DNA of 64,000 bases from an uncultured Clostridium sp. Its GTDB lineage: Bacteria > Bacillota > Clostridia > TANB77 > CAG-508. The position numbers and the translations under genes are program-made. Position 1 is the stretch's first letter, and every line of letters begins with the position of its first letter. The notes under the pieces were generated by a model. It worked only from the letters and a program-made list of their open reading frames with translations. It ran no database searches and was not told where the DNA came from. The stretch is from contig CAYJKU010000001.1 of NCBI GenBank assembly GCA_964371215.1, positions 63,335-127,334 of the forward strand. The letters are read 5' to 3'. Of this stretch, positions 61,400 to 64,000 are shown piece after piece.

Positions 61400-62347
61400 A
61401 TGAAAAATATTAATAAGTTAAAAGATTCAAAGGGAGTAACAATACTTAACTTTGTGTTGATTTTAGTTATAGTAATAGCATTTATAATTATAGGGATATT
61501 AGCATATAATCATATGTCATTAAGTGAGCAAAATGACAAGTTAGAAGCTGCAAAATTAGAAAATAATATGACTAATGATGTGGCAAATAATAATATAACT
61601 GGAGAAGTACCAAACAATGTAGACAAAAAAGAATTGAGTAAAGATGATGAAATAGTGATGGAATTAAATGAAAAAATTAGTTTTGAACCATATATATTAG
61701 ATGAATTAACTTCAAGCAAAGAGCTTAATTTTGTTGATAAAAATAATGAAAACTATGTGAAAAATGATACAATACTAAGGATGGCTTTTTCAAAAGTAGA
61801 TCCACAAAAATTTGTAAATAAAAATCCAGAAGATGTTACAGCAATTGTGTCATATGGAGTAAAAGAAACTATAGTAAGTGATGCCATAAAAAATATATTT
61901 AATAATCAAATAGATTATATAAAGAAAGATTTTATACATACAAGCTCAAGCGAATTTAATTCATATGAACATTATAGCTTTATTAGATATAATGAGACTG
62001 AGGATGAATATAATTTTACACAAACAATGGGAGGTGGAGGATTAACTCCATTTATAGAACAAACTTTATATAAAGCATATAAAATAGATGAAAATACTAT
62101 AGAGTTAGAAATGAAAATAGCATTTATTGATATTGGTGATAATGATACATATGACATATATAAAGAATATAATGATGGGAAATATGAAGAATTGGTAGAT
62201 CAGAAAGCAGGTAATTATGTTCTTAAAGAAGATAGAGAAAAATTACAAAGTGATTTACTTGAATTAGATTTAAATACAGCTGTATATACATTTAAATTAG
62301 ATAATACAACAAATGAATATTATTTAGCAGAATATAAGTTTAATTAA
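61400..62347 (+). CDS. hypothetical signal-anchored extracytoplasmic protein (315 aa)
   Basis: N-terminal TM helix VTILNFVLILVIVIAFIIIGILAY, then a soluble domain. No family recognised. Confidence 0.55.
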   Translation: MKNINKLKDSKGVTILNFVLILVIVIAFIIIGILAYNHMSLSEQNDKLEAAKLENNMTNDVANNNITGEVPNNVDKKELSKDDEIVMELNEKISFEPYILDELTSSKELNFVDKNNENYVKNDTILRMAFSKVDPQKFVNKNPEDVTAIVSYGVKETIVSDAIKNIFNNQIDYIKKDFIHTSSSEFNSYEHYSFIRYNETEDEYNFTQTMGGGGLTPFIEQTLYKAYKIDENTIELEMKIAFIDIGDNDTYDIYKEYNDGKYEELVDQKAGNYVLKEDREKLQSDLLELDLNTAVYTFKLDNTTNEYYLAEYKFN

Positions 62348-62551
62348 ATGAAAATTCTAAATAATGTAATTGATATTAGATTTTTTTCACTTGAATTTGA
62401 GGATTAAAATATTAAAGAGAAGAATAGATAAATTAATAAAAGTTTATAGATTAACGGGTTATTAAAAGATATTATAATAAAATAAATAAATAAGGGTATA
62501 AACTTCCAAATCAAAGCATAAATTTAATTAGCTTTAGTTTGGAGGTTTTTT

Positions 62552-63325
62552 ATGTTTTTAGTATTTAGTAGAGAAAGAATCAGTACATATATAGTATCAG
62601 TTGTTACAGTGGTATTGCTATTTGTAATAGCAAATATGGTAACAGAAAATAATTCAGTTGAAACAATATCATATTCAAATAAGTTAGTACCAATATATAA
62701 TGTCCAAACTGATGAGAAAAAAATTGCATTTACAATGAATTGTGCATGGAATGCAGATGATATTGACCTGATTTTAAATGTATTAGAGAGAAATGATGTC
62801 AAAATTACTTTCTTTTTAGTTGGAGATTGGATAGATAAATATCCAGAAGCAGCTAAAAAAATATATGAAGCAGGTCATGAATTAGCAAGTCATAGTGATA
62901 CACATCCACATGTAAATAATTTAACATATGATGAGAATATATCTGAAATTGAAAAATCAAATGACAAGATAGAAGAAATAACAGGTAAAAGAACAAATAT
63001 ATATAGGGCACCATATGGAGAATATAATGATACAGTTATAAAAGCAGCAAATGATTCTGGATATTATACTATACAATGGAGTTTAGATACATTAGATTAT
63101 ACAGGACTAACTGGTGAAGAAATGTGGAAAAGGTTAGATGGTAATTTAGAAAATGGAGATATAATATTAAGCCATAATGGAACTAAATATACTGCAGAAA
63201 GTTTAGATATGTTAATTAAAAATATTTTAAATCAAGGATTTGAAATAGTACCTATATCTAAATTAATATATTTTGAAGAATATAGTATAAATGCAAATGG
63301 AACACAAATTAAGAATAATGTATAA
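62552..63325 (+). CDS. polysaccharide deacetylase (NodB homology domain; PdaA/PdaB-like sporulation-type peptidoglycan deacetylase)
   Basis: NodB motifs are present: TMNCAW (TFDDG-position variant), HELASHSDTHPH, RAPYGEYN and LSHNGT. N-terminal TM anchor. Confidence 0.85.
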   Translation: MFLVFSRERISTYIVSVVTVVLLFVIANMVTENNSVETISYSNKLVPIYNVQTDEKKIAFTMNCAWNADDIDLILNVLERNDVKITFFLVGDWIDKYPEAAKKIYEAGHELASHSDTHPHVNNLTYDENISEIEKSNDKIEEITGKRTNIYRAPYGEYNDTVIKAANDSGYYTIQWSLDTLDYTGLTGEEMWKRLDGNLENGDIILSHNGTKYTAESLDMLIKNILNQGFEIVPISKLIYFEEYSINANGTQIKNNV

Positions 63326-63368
63326 AATTACCATTTAAAAGAATACTAAAAATATTAAGGGGATAAAT

Positions 63369-63881
63369 ATGATTTGTATTGGTATCATTTCAGAGAAAAA
63401 GTTTTTTAATAATGTAAAAGAAGAAGTTTATCTTAAAAATGCAGAAAATGATATAGAGATTCTTAAAGTAGACTATAAGAAAATTAATATGGAAAAAATT
63501 AAATATGAGATGATTATTATTGAAGAAAATATATTAATAAATATATCTGATGAAGAAATAAAAGAGATTATAGATGAATTAAATAAATATACAAAATTTA
63601 TTTTACTAAATATAGATAATAATATCAGTTATATGTTAAAACATCCTAAAGTAATAACATATGGACTAAATACACAAGCAGATATAACAGTTTCAAGTAT
63701 AACAGAAACTAATATATTAATATATTGGCAAAAAAATATAAGAATAAGAGAAAAAGAATTAACAGAAATTGAAGAAATAAAAGTTACAAGTAATAGTTTG
63801 CATAGATTAAAGATATATGAAATAATTAGTATTTTTAATGTGTTTAGACTCGGAAAGTGTATTAAAATAGCGGAAATATGA
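63369..63881 (+). CDS. hypothetical protein (170 aa)
   Basis: aaggggat RBS. Probably co-transcribed with the deacetylase. No motif recognised. Confidence 0.45.
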   Translation: MICIGIISEKKFFNNVKEEVYLKNAENDIEILKVDYKKINMEKIKYEMIIIEENILINISDEEIKEIIDELNKYTKFILLNIDNNISYMLKHPKVITYGLNTQADITVSSITETNILIYWQKNIRIREKELTEIEEIKVTSNSLHRLKIYEIISIFNVFRLGKCIKIAEI

Positions 63882-64000
63882 TGTAATTTACATTTTTTAA
63901 ACAAATTCAACCTTTTATGTAGACAAAGTGCTAGAAATGTTGTATAATATGATTTAAAGGTTATAAGACAGACAGTAAAGTATACAATTGATAAAATTAA

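Overview
This is a 64-kb window of very AT-rich DNA. I estimate 25-28% GC by eye but did not compute it. GGAGG-type ribosome-binding sites, a sporulation-type polysaccharide deacetylase, dockerin and cadherin-like modules together suggest a Clostridia-like Firmicute chromosome; I cannot assign a species. The chromosomal backbone is ordinary: prfA at the left end and, in the right ~22 kb, a ZIP metal transporter, M18 aminopeptidase, LMW phosphatase, XRE regulator, GNAT, tRNA-Arg(TCT), HD hydrolases, an L,D-transpeptidase, ruvA, rarA, TauE-like half genes and a polysaccharide deacetylase.

About 40 kb in the centre is a three-gene cell-surface locus. Gene 1 (1754..3304) encodes a secreted 517-aa protein with a cohesin-like domain, a cadherin-like domain, a prealbumin-like domain and a C-terminal dockerin. 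Gene 2 (3322..9804) encodes a 2160-aa protein with a cohesin-like domain, about 20 Big_3-type Ig-like domains, a hexa-Asp tract, a C-terminal transmembrane anchor and a roughly 100-aa cytoplasmic tail. Gene 3 (10946..42001) is one uninterrupted 31,056-bp ORF encoding a 10,351-aa protein. It has an N-terminal signal-anchor, about 17 RCC1-type beta-propellers each followed by a Big_2 domain (four ~2.85-kb double units, then eight ~1.35-kb single units), 23 tandem cadherin-like domains, a prealbumin-like domain, a dockerin-like module and an apparently catalytically intact M23 (lysostaphin-type) metallopeptidase domain.

I interpret this as a non-cellulosomal, cohesin-dockerin-assembled giant surface fibre that carries a peptidoglycan hydrolase at its tip. 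That interpretation is inference. All domain calls come from reading motifs in the translated sequence. I ran no HMM or BLAST searches.
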